Below, one piece after another: positions 63,946 to 64,000 of a stretch of 64,000 nt of DNA; within the stretch, counting starts at the first letter, position 1, and every line of letters starts with the position of its first letter. Both the position numbers and the translations under genes were made by a program. The stretch is from Macrostomum lignano. Lineage: Eukaryota. The notes beneath the pieces were generated by a model, which saw only the letters and a list, made by a program, of their open reading frames with translations, was not told where the DNA came from and did no database searches. The stretch covers positions 350,416 through 414,415 of the forward strand of contig NIVC01000225.1 of the NCBI GenBank assembly GCA_002269645.1. Reading direction: 5' to 3'.

Positions 63946-64000
63946 CGGCAATCTCAGCTTCACACTTCGCCTCATCACTCTGCCGCTAGTCTCCCCACCG

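Overview
Eukaryotic (metazoan) genomic DNA. GC-rich exons, poly-Gln tracts and near-universal intronic minisatellites are consistent with a free-living flatworm such as Macrostomum, but this assignment is an inference. Host genes: two tandem caveolins (+, 3106-3601 and 7185-7895) with RFX X-box motifs upstream; tRNA-Glu(CTC) (-); alpha-tubulin (-, 10499-12181); NMNAT (+, 5 coding exons, 29342-31105); a divergent SLC25/MTCH-like carrier (+, 34396-35259); and a 21-kb AGAP/centaurin-gamma gene (+, 42210-63188). Mobile elements: a decayed RTE-type LINE; a decayed mariner interrupted by a full-length tRNA-derived SINE (13-bp TSD); a MULE deletion derivative with 403-bp TIRs, a 9-bp TSD and a PHD remnant; and several MITEs. 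Most notable is a complete 6,045-bp DNA transposon (21196-27240) with 16-bp imperfect TIRs and a perfect 7-bp TSD. It encodes an apparently intact 4-exon, 1,171-aa DDE/CxxH transposase whose C-terminus carries an RG/RGG repeat followed by a Spindlin (Spin/Ssty)-like Tudor domain with the aromatic cage retained. Two short 28S rRNA (R2/I-PpoI site) relics lie inside and just outside this element. A 2.3-kb CpG-free domain overlaps its 5' end. All calls were made by eye plus the supplied ORF track; no searches were run.
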